Source: an uncultured Actinomycetes bacterium (GTDB lineage: Bacteria > Actinomycetota > Thermoleophilia > Gaiellales > JAICJC01). Taken from it: DNA of 64,000 bases. How positions within the stretch are numbered: position 1 is the first letter of the stretch; every line of letters starts with the position of its first letter. The notes under the pieces are model-generated. The model saw nothing but the letters and a program-made list of their open reading frames with translations, did not search any database and was not told the origin of the DNA. Made by a program: the position numbers and the translations under genes. Location: contig CAWJLQ010000008.1 in assembly GCA_963843705.1 (NCBI GenBank), positions 612,144 to 676,143 on the forward strand, read 5' to 3'. Shown here one piece after another: positions 1-7,809 of this stretch.

Positions 1-624
1 GAGCTGCACGGCGTCGCCTCCGGGCGCGCCGCCCGCAAACAGGCGGGCGACCTGCTCGAGCTGGTCGGCATCTCGGCCTCACGCGCCGACCGCTTCCCGC
101 ATGAGTTCTCCGGCGGGATGCGGCAGCGGGCCGCCATCGCGATGGCGCTCGCGTGCAACCCCAAGATCCTGCTCGCCGACGAGCCCACGACCGCCCTCGA
201 CGTGATGGTGCAGGCGCAGATCCTCGAGCTGCTCGTGCGCCTCACGAACGACCTCGGACTGGCGATGATCCTCGTCACGCACGACCTGCCGGTGGTGGCG
301 CAGGTGTGCGGCCGGGCGGCCGTCATGTACGCCGGCAAGGTGGTCGAGGCGGGGCCGATGGACACGCTCTTCCACGATCCCCGCCACCCGTACACGCGGA
401 TGCTGTTCCAGGCGACGCCCGACCTCTACGGCGACGAGGACGTGACGTCCATCCCGGGCGCGCCGCCGCGCCTCGACCGGCCGGTGCCGGGGTGCGCGTT
501 CGCCCCCCGCTGCGACTCGGCGTTCTCGCCGTGCGCCGACACCGAGCCGCGGCTGCACGGCGTCGGCGACGATCACACGGCCGCGTGCCATCTGAACGAC
601 GTCCCCGCCCAGGTGGCCGGATGA
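1..624 (+). CDS. ABC transporter ATP-binding protein, oligopeptide/dipeptide type (DppD/OppD-like); 5' end outside window
   Basis: Frame 1 is open from base 1. Translation has the ABC signature FSGGMRQR, Walker B ILLADEPTTALD, H-loop VTHDL and the Cys-rich C-terminal tail typical of peptide ABC ATPases. The TGA at 622-624 overlaps the next ATG (ATGA). Confidence 0.9.
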   Translation, partial: ELHGVASGRAARKQAGDLLELVGISASRADRFPHEFSGGMRQRAAIAMALACNPKILLADEPTTALDVMVQAQILELLVRLTNDLGLAMILVTHDLPVVAQVCGRAAVMYAGKVVEAGPMDTLFHDPRHPYTRMLFQATPDLYGDEDVTSIPGAPPRLDRPVPGCAFAPRCDSAFSPCADTEPRLHGVGDDHTAACHLNDVPAQVAG

Positions 625-1619
625 GCGCCGAGCCGCTGCTCGAGGTCTCGGGCCTCGTCACCCGCTACCCGATCGAGCGCAGCCTGGCGGCGACCGTCAT
701 GCGCCGCGAGCAGCTGTCCGTCCACGCGGTCGAGGGCGTCGACTTCAGCGTCGCCCCCGGGGAGATGCTGGCGCTGGTCGGCGAGTCCGGCTGCGGCAAG
801 ACCACCACCGCGCAGACCGTGATGCGGATGGTGGAGGCCGATGCCGGCCGGATCATGTTCCGCGGCCAGGACATCTCCCAGCTGTCGCACCGGCGGCTGC
901 GCCCGCTGCGGCGTGAGATGCAGATCATCTACCAGGACCCGTACGAGTCGCTCGACCCCCGCTACCGGGTGCGGGACACCGTCGCCGAGCCGCTCCTGAT
1001 CCACCGGATCGGCTCCTCGAGCCGGGAGCGGGGCGAGCTGGTGCGAAACGCCCTCGTCCAGGCGGGGCTGGAGCCGCCGGAGCTCTACCTCGACCGCTTC
1101 CCGCACGAGCTCTCCGGCGGGCAGCGCCAGCGCGTCGCGATCGCGGCGGCGATGGTGCTGAACCCGAAGCTGCTGCTCGCCGACGAGCCCGTCTCGATGC
1201 TCGACGTCTCGGTGCGTGCCGGCATCCTGCGGCTGCTCGACGAGCTGCGCCACGACGGCCTCGCAATCGTGATGATCACGCACGACCTGTCGACGGCCGC
1301 GCACTTCGCCGACCGGATCGCGGTCATGTACCTGGGCCGGATCGTCGAGGAGGGGCCGGCCCACGAGGTGGTGCGGAACCCGCAGCACCCGTACACCAAG
1401 GCGCTGATCTCGGTCGTGCCGAAGCGCGATCCCCGCGACTCGACGCGGCCCGAGATCCTCACCGGCGAGACGCCGAACCCCGTGTTCATCCCGTCCGGCT
1501 GCCGCTTCCATCCGCGCTGCCCGGTGGCCGAGGAGAGCTGCCTGTCGATCGACCCGGAGCTGCGCCGCCCGAGCGGCGCGACCGACCCGTCGCACCGAGC
1601 CGCATGCATCCTGGCATGA
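621..1619 (+). CDS. ABC transporter ATP-binding protein, oligopeptide/dipeptide type (DppF/OppF-like)
   Basis: Internal ATG 621 of tracked ORF 153..1619 gives MSAEPLLEVSGL. It has Walker A GESGCGKTT, signature LSGGQRQR, Walker B LLLADEPVSMLD and a C-terminal GCRFHPRCP motif. The part of the ORF upstream of 621 is out-of-frame readthrough of the previous gene. Confidence 0.9.
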   Translation: MSAEPLLEVSGLVTRYPIERSLAATVMRREQLSVHAVEGVDFSVAPGEMLALVGESGCGKTTTAQTVMRMVEADAGRIMFRGQDISQLSHRRLRPLRREMQIIYQDPYESLDPRYRVRDTVAEPLLIHRIGSSSRERGELVRNALVQAGLEPPELYLDRFPHELSGGQRQRVAIAAAMVLNPKLLLADEPVSMLDVSVRAGILRLLDELRHDGLAIVMITHDLSTAAHFADRIAVMYLGRIVEEGPAHEVVRNPQHPYTKALISVVPKRDPRDSTRPEILTGETPNPVFIPSGCRFHPRCPVAEESCLSIDPELRRPSGATDPSHRAACILA

Positions 1620-1647
1620 ATAACCGGTGCCAGGCACCGGATATCCA
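1617..1647. repeat. Imperfect copy of the 33-bp palindromic element (core CCGGTGCC-A-GGCACCGG with AT-rich outer arms)
   Basis: ATGAATAACCGGTGCCAGGCACCGGATATCCAG matches the perfect palindrome at 5973-6005 (reverse-complement orientation) at 29 of 33 positions. It starts on the TGA stop of the upstream gene. Confidence 0.8.
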
Positions 1648-1650
1648 GAC

Positions 1651-2583
1651 GTGACGCGCTGGCGTGACATCGCCGGGCCGGTGGGCCTCTTCCCGACCGG
1701 TCCCCGGAACTCGATCACCGATGTGCCCGGGGTGCTCGTCGGCCACGCGCAGGCGGCGAGCGGCGAGGCCACCGGCGTGAGCGTGGTCGTGCCGCCGCGC
1801 CTGCCCGTGCGGGCGGGGACGGACACGACGAACGGCGTCGGGGAGCTGACGAAGAAGCTCGAGATCGACGAGTGGGGGATCATCCAGTCGCCGGTGTGGC
1901 TGTGCGGGACGCACGCCGTCGGCATCGTCTACCACGCCGCCGTGCTCGCGGCCGGCGGCGATCCCGATCACACGGTCATCCCCGTGGTCGGGGAGTGCGA
2001 CGACTCCGACATGGGCGACTCGCGCACCGTCACCGTCGAGGACGCCCACGCGGCGCTCGCAAACGCCGGGGTCGACGCGGCCGAGGGCACGGTCGGGGGC
2101 GGCACCGGCATGACCTGCTTCGACTTCCCGGGCGGGATCGGCACGGCCTCGCGGCTCGTGGACGGGCACACGCTGGGCGTGCTCCTGATGTGCAACTTCG
2201 GCGACCGCGAGCGGCTGACCGCCGGCGGCCTGAGGCTGGAGCCGGCCGAGCCGCCGCCGCCGCCCGAGGGCTCGTGCATCGCTGTCTGCGCGACCGACGC
2301 CCAAATTGGCGCGCAGCAGCTGCGCCGATTGGCGCTGCGGCCGCTGCTCGGCCTTGCCCGGGCCGGGTCGTACGCGTCCAACGGGTCGGGCGAGATCGGG
2401 ATCGCCTTCACCGTCGCCGAGGAGGAGGGGTTTGCGAACGAGCGCCTCTCGCCGCTCTTCGCCGCCGCGTACGAGGCTGCCGAGGAGGCGGTCTACAACT
2501 GCCTGGTCGCCGCCGTGCCCGCTCGGCGGCGGAACGGGAAGATGCAGGACGCCTTCCCGGTGCACCTCGTCACGAGGCGATGA
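1651..2583 (+). CDS. P1/S58 family peptidase (DmpA / L-aminopeptidase-like)
   Basis: Tracked ORF 1627..2583. Segments NSITDVPGVLVGH, GGGTGMTCFDFPGGIGTASR and AVCATDAQI...LARAGS match my memory of the DmpA/BapA family. Start set at in-frame GTG 1651 because codons 1627-1650 are the palindromic repeat. Confidence 0.75.
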   Translation: MTRWRDIAGPVGLFPTGPRNSITDVPGVLVGHAQAASGEATGVSVVVPPRLPVRAGTDTTNGVGELTKKLEIDEWGIIQSPVWLCGTHAVGIVYHAAVLAAGGDPDHTVIPVVGECDDSDMGDSRTVTVEDAHAALANAGVDAAEGTVGGGTGMTCFDFPGGIGTASRLVDGHTLGVLLMCNFGDRERLTAGGLRLEPAEPPPPPEGSCIAVCATDAQIGAQQLRRLALRPLLGLARAGSYASNGSGEIGIAFTVAEEEGFANERLSPLFAAAYEAAEEAVYNCLVAAVPARRRNGKMQDAFPVHLVTRR

Positions 2584-3010
2584 CGATGCGGGCGAGGTAC
2601 TCGACGTCGTCGCTCCCGCTGCGCGGGTCGAGCGTCAGGAACCCTGCGCGGTGCACGCGCAGTCGCAGGACGGACGCCGCCGGCAGGCGATAGCGGTCGC
2701 GGCCGATCGCGGCCTCGACGGGTGCCGTCGGCGTGAAGCGGAGGTGGACGACCACGATCTCGCCCGCGCGGACGCGAACGCGCGGCAGGTCGGGGATGTA
2801 CCGGGGCGCGGGCCCGTCGCCGCATCCGGTGACGGTGGACGAGCCACTCCGCGCCGTCCAGCAGAAGCTCCCGGTCGCCAGCTTGCGGGTGCCGGACGGG
2901 CTCGCGATCGTCGCCGCCGGTGGCCGGGTCGAGCCGTGGTGCGGCGTCGCCCCGCCGCCGCAGGCCGTGGCGCAGAAGGCCGCCACGAACCCGAGCGCGA
3001 TCCGTATCAT
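2570..3010 (-). CDS. Hypothetical lipoprotein
   Basis: Tracked ORF 2570..3061. An internal Met gives MIRIALGFVAAFCATACGGG, a hydrophobic signal peptide ending in a lipobox-like ATAC. No recognisable domain. Confidence 0.5.
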   Translation of the reverse strand: MIRIALGFVAAFCATACGGGATPHHGSTRPPAATIASPSGTRKLATGSFCWTARSGSSTVTGCGDGPAPRYIPDLPRVRVRAGEIVVVHLRFTPTAPVEAAIGRDRYRLPAASVLRLRVHRAGFLTLDPRSGSDDVEYLARIVIAS

Positions 3011-3060
3011 CACGCCAATCGGACGCCCCCGGCGGCCGAACGGTTCCAAGGAGGAGCGCA

Positions 3061-3465
3061 ATGGAGGGGATGAAGGTCGAGCTGCGGGTGCGGCTCTCCG
3101 CGGCAGACGTGCACTACGGCGGCAACCTCGTCGACGGCGCCCACGGTCTCGAGCTGTTCGGCGACATCGTCACCGAGCTGGCCGTCCGCACCGACGGCGA
3201 CGAGGGGCTCTTCGCCGGCTACGAGAAGGTCGAGTTCCTGGCGCCGCTCTACGGCGGCGACTTCGTACGGGCCACGGGCACGATTGTGCGGATGGGGAAC
3301 ACCAGCCGCACCGTCGACCTGGAGCTCTGGAAGGAGATCAGCGCCCGCCCCGACGTCGGGGAGTCGGCGGCAGACGTGCTCGATCCCCCCGTGCTCGCGA
3401 CCCGAGCCCGCGGCACCTACGTCGTCAGGCGCGAGCATCACCGCGGGCCGGGCGGCCGCGGCTGA
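3061..3465 (+). CDS. Hotdog-fold protein (resembles the 3-aminobutyryl-CoA ammonia-lyase type)
   Basis: ATG 3061 inside tracked ORF 2920..3465 gives MEGMKVELRV. AADVHYGGNLVDGAHGLELFGD, VEFLAPLYGGDF and GNTSRT resemble that hotdog subfamily from memory. No search was run. Confidence 0.6.
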   Translation: MEGMKVELRVRLSAADVHYGGNLVDGAHGLELFGDIVTELAVRTDGDEGLFAGYEKVEFLAPLYGGDFVRATGTIVRMGNTSRTVDLELWKEISARPDVGESAADVLDPPVLATRARGTYVVRREHHRGPGGRG

Positions 3466-3469
3466 GCGG

Positions 3470-3521
3470 GGGGACGGTCCCCTTCGAGAGAGCGGGGCCT
3501 GGCCCCGAGGGGCCGGGCCCC
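3470..3521. repeat. Cluster of three GC-rich palindromes between convergent genes (probable bidirectional terminator; GGGGCC-N-GGCCCC family)
   Basis: GGGGACGGTCCCC (3470-3482), GGGGCCTGGCCCC (3494-3506) and GGGGCCGGGCCCC (3509-3521). The same motif and its AGAGC left flank recur at 20235 and 31619. Confidence 0.7.
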
Positions 3522-3578
3522 ATCCCAGCCGCCCGTCGTCGACGACGATCGCGGTCGCCGCCATGCCGCCGAGGCGCG

Positions 3579-4223
3579 CTACACCGACAGCTCGACCGCG
3601 GGCTTCGCCGTCGCGAGCAGGTCGACGACGCGCGCCTCGCTGACCTCGTCGAACCGCTCGTAGAACTGGCTGACCGCATGAAAGCGCTGCGGCGCGTGCA
3701 GGGTGACGAGGCGGTCGCACTCGCGCTCGAGCCGCTCGACCGCGAGCCGTGGCAGCACGGGGAGCGCGATCACGGTCTGGCGCGCCCCCGCGTTCCGCAT
3801 CACCGCGAGCGCCGCGCGGATCGACGCGCCCGTGGCCGCGCCGTCGTCCACGATGATGACGGTGCGCCCGACGAGCATCATCGGCACGCCGCCGCGCAAG
3901 CGCTCGTCCATCTCGCGCGCCGCGGCGGTCGCGGCGTCGTAGGCGGCGTCGATCTGCACCGCGTTCAGCCGCGCCGCGATCCGCCGGTTCGTGTACCGCT
4001 CTCCCTGCGGGGCGACGGCGCCCATCGCGAGCTCAGCGTGGCCGGGCGTCCCCACCTTGCGGATGCAGAGCACGTCCAGCGGCAGGTCGAGCAGCCGGGC
4101 CAGCTCGGCCGCCACCTCGACGCCGCCGCGGGCCAGCCCGATCACGGTCACGTTCGGCTTCTTGCGGAACTCAGGCAGGGCCGCCGCGAGTGCAGCGCCG
4201 GCCTGGGTGCGGTCCTGGAACAT
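3579..4223 (-). CDS. Phosphoribosyltransferase family protein
   Basis: Has the PRPP-binding loop VIIVDDGAATGAS and the N-terminal MFQDRTQAG typical of the putative phosphoribosyltransferase family. ATG 4223 is preferred; the ORF is open to 4259. Confidence 0.8.
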   Translation of the reverse strand: MFQDRTQAGAALAAALPEFRKKPNVTVIGLARGGVEVAAELARLLDLPLDVLCIRKVGTPGHAELAMGAVAPQGERYTNRRIAARLNAVQIDAAYDAATAAAREMDERLRGGVPMMLVGRTVIIVDDGAATGASIRAALAVMRNAGARQTVIALPVLPRLAVERLERECDRLVTLHAPQRFHAVSQFYERFDEVSEARVVDLLATAKPAVELSV

Positions 4224-4277
4224 CACGCGATGATGCATCAAGAACGCCGCGGCGGTCAAGGTTCTGCGCCGCAGGAT

Positions 4278-4305
4278 TTGGCGCGCAGCGGGGCGTTGCT
4301 ATACT
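4278..4305 (+). promoter_or_regulatory. Candidate sigma-70-type promoter for the infC leader
   Basis: TTGGCG (4278-4283), a 16-nt spacer, then TATACT (4300-4305). Judged by eye only. Confidence 0.3.
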
Positions 4306-4311
4306 GAACGC

Positions 4312-4429
4312 CTGGAAAAGCAGAGGCATCACGCCCCTCACCCGTCCGGCCTGGAGCCGGCGGGTTCAACCGAATTGTTCGGAAGCCGCCCGCAGGGCGG
4401 GTTATGGGTGCCGAGTGCGCCCATTTTTT
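4312..4429 (+). promoter_or_regulatory. Structured 5' leader of the infC-rpmI-rplT operon ending in an intrinsic terminator (putative attenuator)
   Basis: Three hairpins: CCGGC-ctgga-GCCGG (4346-4360), CCGAA-ttg-TTCGG (4370-4382) and CCGCCC-gcag-GGGCGG (4386-4401). They are followed by the terminator hairpin. It lies directly upstream of infC, where an L20-responsive leader is known in Firmicutes. Confidence 0.4.
4404..4429 (+). terminator. Intrinsic terminator-like hairpin with a T6 run
   Basis: ATGGGTGC-cgagt-GCGCCCAT forms an 8-bp stem including one G-T pair, followed by TTTTTT. T-runs are rare in this GC-rich sequence. Confidence 0.55.
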
Positions 4430-4484
4430 CGTGTCGACGAGAGGAGCTCCACCGGTTGATGATGATCGTGACTAGGCGCAGGTC

Positions 4485-5069
4485 TTGAGGCCCCGAAGGC
4501 AGCTCGACCAACGGCCGCAGGAGCCGACGACGCGGATCAACGAGGCGATCCGCGTCCCCCAGGTGCGTCTGATCGACGCGGACGGCACCCAGATCGGGAT
4601 CAAGAGCACCGACGAGGCCCAGCGGTATGCCTGGGACAAGAACCTCGACCTGGTGGAGGTGGCGCCGGAGGCCCGGCCGCCGGTCTGCCGGGTGATGGAC
4701 TATTCGAAGTACCGCTACGAGCAGGAGCAGAAGGCCAAGCTCGCGCGCAAGCACCAGTCGACGATCACGATCAAGGAGATCAAGCTGCGGCCAAAGATCG
4801 GGATTGGGGACTACGAGACCAAGAAGGGCCACGTGGTTCGCTTCCTGAAGCAGCGGGCGAAGGTCAAGGTCACCATCATGTTCCGCGGGCGCGAGATGAC
4901 GCACCCGGAGCGAGGCCGAGATCTGCTGCTGCGCCTCGCCGACGATGTGAAGGAGCTCGGCTCGATCGAGTCCCAGCCGCTGCAGGACGGACGCAACATG
5001 GTGATGATGCTCGCGCCGAACAAGGCCGTCGCCCCGCCGCAGGCGGACGAGGCCGCGGCCGGCGCCTGA
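4485..5069 (+). CDS. infC: Translation initiation factor IF-3
   Basis: [43 protein letters not shown] and the C-terminal domain are recognisable. An in-frame TAG at 4473 leaves TTG 4485 as the first usable start, and there is no in-frame ATG before the conserved N-terminus. Confidence 0.9.
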   Translation: MRPRRQLDQRPQEPTTRINEAIRVPQVRLIDADGTQIGIKSTDEAQRYAWDKNLDLVEVAPEARPPVCRVMDYSKYRYEQEQKAKLARKHQSTITIKEIKLRPKIGIGDYETKKGHVVRFLKQRAKVKVTIMFRGREMTHPERGRDLLLRLADDVKELGSIESQPLQDGRNMVMMLAPNKAVAPPQADEAAAGA

Positions 5070-5082
5070 AGGAGACAGACGC

Positions 5083-5280
5083 ATGCCCAAGACGAAGAGA
5101 TCTTCCGCCGCGAAGAAGCGGTTCAAGCTGACCGGAACCGGCAAGCTGCTGCGCCGGCGCGCCTTCCGCACGCACCTGCTCGAGCACAAGAGCGCGAAGC
5201 GACGACGGGTGAAGCGCCGCAACCGCGAGATGGTGCCGGCCGACCGACGCGAGGCCCTGCGCCTCCTGGGAAAGCGATAA
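5083..5280 (+). CDS. rpmI: 50S ribosomal protein L35
   Basis: [33 protein letters not shown] is canonical L35, and the gene sits between infC and rplT. Confidence 0.95.
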   Translation: MPKTKRSSAAKKRFKLTGTGKLLRRRAFRTHLLEHKSAKRRRVKRRNREMVPADRREALRLLGKR

Positions 5281-5289
5281 GGGGGCTCG

Positions 5290-5649
5290 ATGGCACGCGT
5301 CAAGCGCAGCGTCAGCGCGAAGAAGAAGCGCCGTGAGGTGCTGGAGCAGGCCAAGGGCTACCGCGGCCTGAAGAAGAACACCTACCGGAAGGCGAAGGAG
5401 CAGGTGATGAAGTCGCTCACCTACGCCTACCGCGACCGCCGGGTGCGCAAGCGCGACTTCCGCCGCCTGTGGATCATCCGCATCAACGCCGGTGCCCGCA
5501 GCCACGGCCTCTCCTACAACCAGTTCATGCACGGGCTGCGCAAGGCCGAGATCGAGCTCGACCGCAAGGTTCTGGCCGACATCGCCGTTTCGGATCCGAA
5601 GGCCTTCCAGGCCCTCGCCGAGACTGCCAAGGCTGCGCTTGCCGCATGA
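5290..5649 (+). CDS. rplT: 50S ribosomal protein L20
   Basis: [26 protein letters not shown]...[14 protein letters not shown] is canonical L20. Confidence 0.97.
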   Translation: MARVKRSVSAKKKRREVLEQAKGYRGLKKNTYRKAKEQVMKSLTYAYRDRRVRKRDFRRLWIIRINAGARSHGLSYNQFMHGLRKAEIELDRKVLADIAVSDPKAFQALAETAKAALAA

Positions 5650-5653
5650 CGAC

Positions 5654-6454
5654 GTGCCGGCTCTCGAGCCGATCACGTCCCGCGCCAACGCGCGGCTGAA
5701 GCACGCGCGCAAGCTCCAGGCCCGCCGTCATCGCCGTGTCCTCGGCCAGTTCCTGGCCGAAGGTGAGGATCTGGTTGAGGAGGCGCTTGCGGCGGGGATC
5801 CTGCCGGTCGAGACGCTGATCGCCGCCGACCGGCCGCCCGACGAGGGGCTGGTCGCGCGGCTGGCCCGCGGCGGCCCGGTGCACGCGGTCCGCGACTCGC
5901 TCCTGGCCGAGGCCGGCGGCCTCGGCCATCCGGCCCGCGTGATCGGGATCTACGCGATCGACAGCCTGCCGCGTGAATATCCGGTGCCTGGCACCGGATA
6001 TTCACCGCTGGCGGTGTATCTGCACAGGGTGATCGACCCGGGCAACGTCGGCACGGTCGTGCGCGCGTGCGGGGCGCTCGGGCCGGCGCGGCTCGTGCTC
6101 TCGCCGGGTTGCTCCGACCCGCTGGCGGGGAAGGGTGTGCGCGCGTCGATGGGGGCGGTCTTCCGCGTCCCGATCGCCACGGGCGCCGACCTGCCCGCCG
6201 GCGCGACGCGGATCGCGCTCGTGGCCGGGGCGGCGACGCCGATCTGGGAGCTCGACCTGACCGGCCCCGCGACGCTCGTCGTCGGCGCGGAGCGGCACGG
6301 ACTGCCAGACGAGATCGTGGGGGCGTGCGACGCGGTCTGCGCCATCCCCCAGGCGGCCGGAGCCGAGTCGCTGAACGCCGCCCAGGCGGCCTCGCTGGCG
6401 CTCTACGAGGCGGTCCGGCAGCGGGCTCAGGCCGCCAGCCGGAACGGCGGGTAG
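5654..6454 (+). CDS. TrmH/SpoU family RNA 2'-O-methyltransferase carrying an in-frame palindromic insertion
   Basis: GTG 5654 inside tracked ORF 5492..6454. Has the SpoU motifs DPGNVGTVVRACGALG, LVVGAERHGL and AESLNAAQAASLALYE. It occupies the position after rplT that the YsgA-type methyltransferase takes in Bacillus. Confidence 0.85.
   Translation: MPALEPITSRANARLKHARKLQARRHRRVLGQFLAEGEDLVEEALAAGILPVETLIAADRPPDEGLVARLARGGPVHAVRDSLLAEAGGLGHPARVIGIYAIDSLPREYPVPGTGYSPLAVYLHRVIDPGNVGTVVRACGALGPARLVLSPGCSDPLAGKGVRASMGAVFRVPIATGADLPAGATRIALVAGAATPIWELDLTGPATLVVGAERHGLPDEIVGACDAVCAIPQAAGAESLNAAQAASLALYEAVRQRAQAASRNGG
5973..6005. repeat. 33-bp perfect palindrome inside the methyltransferase CDS
   Basis: GTGAATATCCGGTGCC-T-GGCACCGGATATTCAC has 16-nt arms and a 1-nt centre. 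It is 33 nt (11 codons) and is read through in frame as (R)EYPVPGTGYS(P). Confidence 0.9.
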
Positions 6455-7071
6455 GCGTCGGTGACCAGCGCGAACGCGTAGCCGCCGACGCGGGTCCCCC
6501 ACCGCATCACGCCCTCCACGAACCCGAATGCGCCGCGCGGATAGTGGCCCGTGAAGAGGATCGCGAGCCAGGCGTAGATGAGGACGAAGAACGTTGCGAT
6601 GCCCAGGAAGAACAGGACGACGTAGTGGGGGATGGCCAGCAGCCACTTCACCAGCGGCAGCCACCGGTTCAGCTCCGGGCCGGCGACCTCCGGGAAGTCC
6701 AGGTGCACGGACTGGTGCTCGTCGGTCGACGGGTAGCTGTCGTCCATGAGCGCGCCGTAGACGACGACGCGGCTGGAGAACCGGGACAGCTCCAGGTTCC
6801 AGTTCCACCACCAGCGCGGGTACTTGCGCCGGAAGAGCAGCATCAGCACGACCGGGAGGACGAGGATCCCGCCGCCCGTCTGGATCGTATGGGTCGTGGT
6901 CGTCCCGGCCGACGTGGTTGTGTGCCAGACCGTGCTGGAACCGCCCTCGAGCGCCCCGAGCAGGATGGCGATCGGGATCACCGTGAGGATCCGAAACGCG
7001 CTCGTCAGCCGGTTGAGCGAGCGGTCGGGGTAGTCGACCGAGAACGTGACGGGATACGACTCCACCGTCAC
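6427..7071 (-). CDS. DUF4389-like membrane protein
   Basis: This is the C-terminal part of tracked ORF 6427..7743: YPVTFSVDYPDRSLNRLTSAFRILTVIP...AIPHYVVLFFL...LFTGHYPRG. GTG 7071 overlaps the upstream gene's stop (GTGA). Confidence 0.7.
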   Translation of the reverse strand: MTVESYPVTFSVDYPDRSLNRLTSAFRILTVIPIAILLGALEGGSSTVWHTTTSAGTTTTHTIQTGGGILVLPVVLMLLFRRKYPRWWWNWNLELSRFSSRVVVYGALMDDSYPSTDEHQSVHLDFPEVAGPELNRWLPLVKWLLAIPHYVVLFFLGIATFFVLIYAWLAILFTGHYPRGAFGFVEGVMRWGTRVGGYAFALVTDAYPPFRLAA

Positions 7072-7787
7072 GAGGGTATCGCGTCCGTCGGACGGCGGGC
7101 GACCCAGACCGAGTCGGTGGCGCCGGGGGTGAGTGGCCGCCGGTCGAACCACCCGAACGCCTGGACGTCCGCAAACCCGGCCTCCTCGAGCAGCCGCCGC
7201 CACTCGCGCGGCGCAATCCACCACAGCTGCATCTGCGCCTCGACACCGCCTGATCGCACCGACAGCACCAGCTGCCGGCGAGCCTCGTCCCAGGCCGCGT
7301 GCTCGGAGATGCCGGGCTCGCGCTCGATCCAGCGCCCGTGCGTCTCGGCGATGTCCTCGCGGTCGGGATGGAACACGTCGAACGCGAGCACGCCGCCGGG
7401 CTCGAGCCGGGCGAACAGGGAGCGCAGCACGGCCAGCCGCTCGTCGTCGTCGCGCAGGTGCAGGAACGCGCGGAACGGCACCAGCACGAGCGCGAACGAG
7501 CCCAGGTCGGGCAGCTCGCGCATGTCGGCGCGCACGAGCTCGAGCTCGACCCCGTGCGGCGCCGCCCGCTCGCGCGCCAGGTCGAGCATGACCGGCGAGC
7601 TGTCGACGCCCACCACCGGGACGCCCGCGAGCGCCACCGGCACGCCGATGCGGCCCGACCCGACACCGACCTCGAGCACGCGCCCGCCCGCGGCCAGCGC
7701 CAACTCGACGTAGAAGGGGATGTCCTCCGTCACCGACCGGCACCAGGCGTCATAGCGGCGGCCAAGGCGGTCGTAGGCCGAGGGCAC
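7068..7787 (-). CDS. Class I SAM-dependent methyltransferase
   Basis: Has the SAM-binding motif RVLEVGVGSGRIGVPVA and an acidic loop VVGVDSS. The whole tracked ORF is used. Confidence 0.8.
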   Translation of the reverse strand: MPSAYDRLGRRYDAWCRSVTEDIPFYVELALAAGGRVLEVGVGSGRIGVPVALAGVPVVGVDSSPVMLDLARERAAPHGVELELVRADMRELPDLGSFALVLVPFRAFLHLRDDDERLAVLRSLFARLEPGGVLAFDVFHPDREDIAETHGRWIEREPGISEHAAWDEARRQLVLSVRSGGVEAQMQLWWIAPREWRRLLEEAGFADVQAFGWFDRRPLTPGATDSVWVARRPTDAIPS

Positions 7788-7809
7788 GCAAGTACACTAC
7801 CCGGCCACC

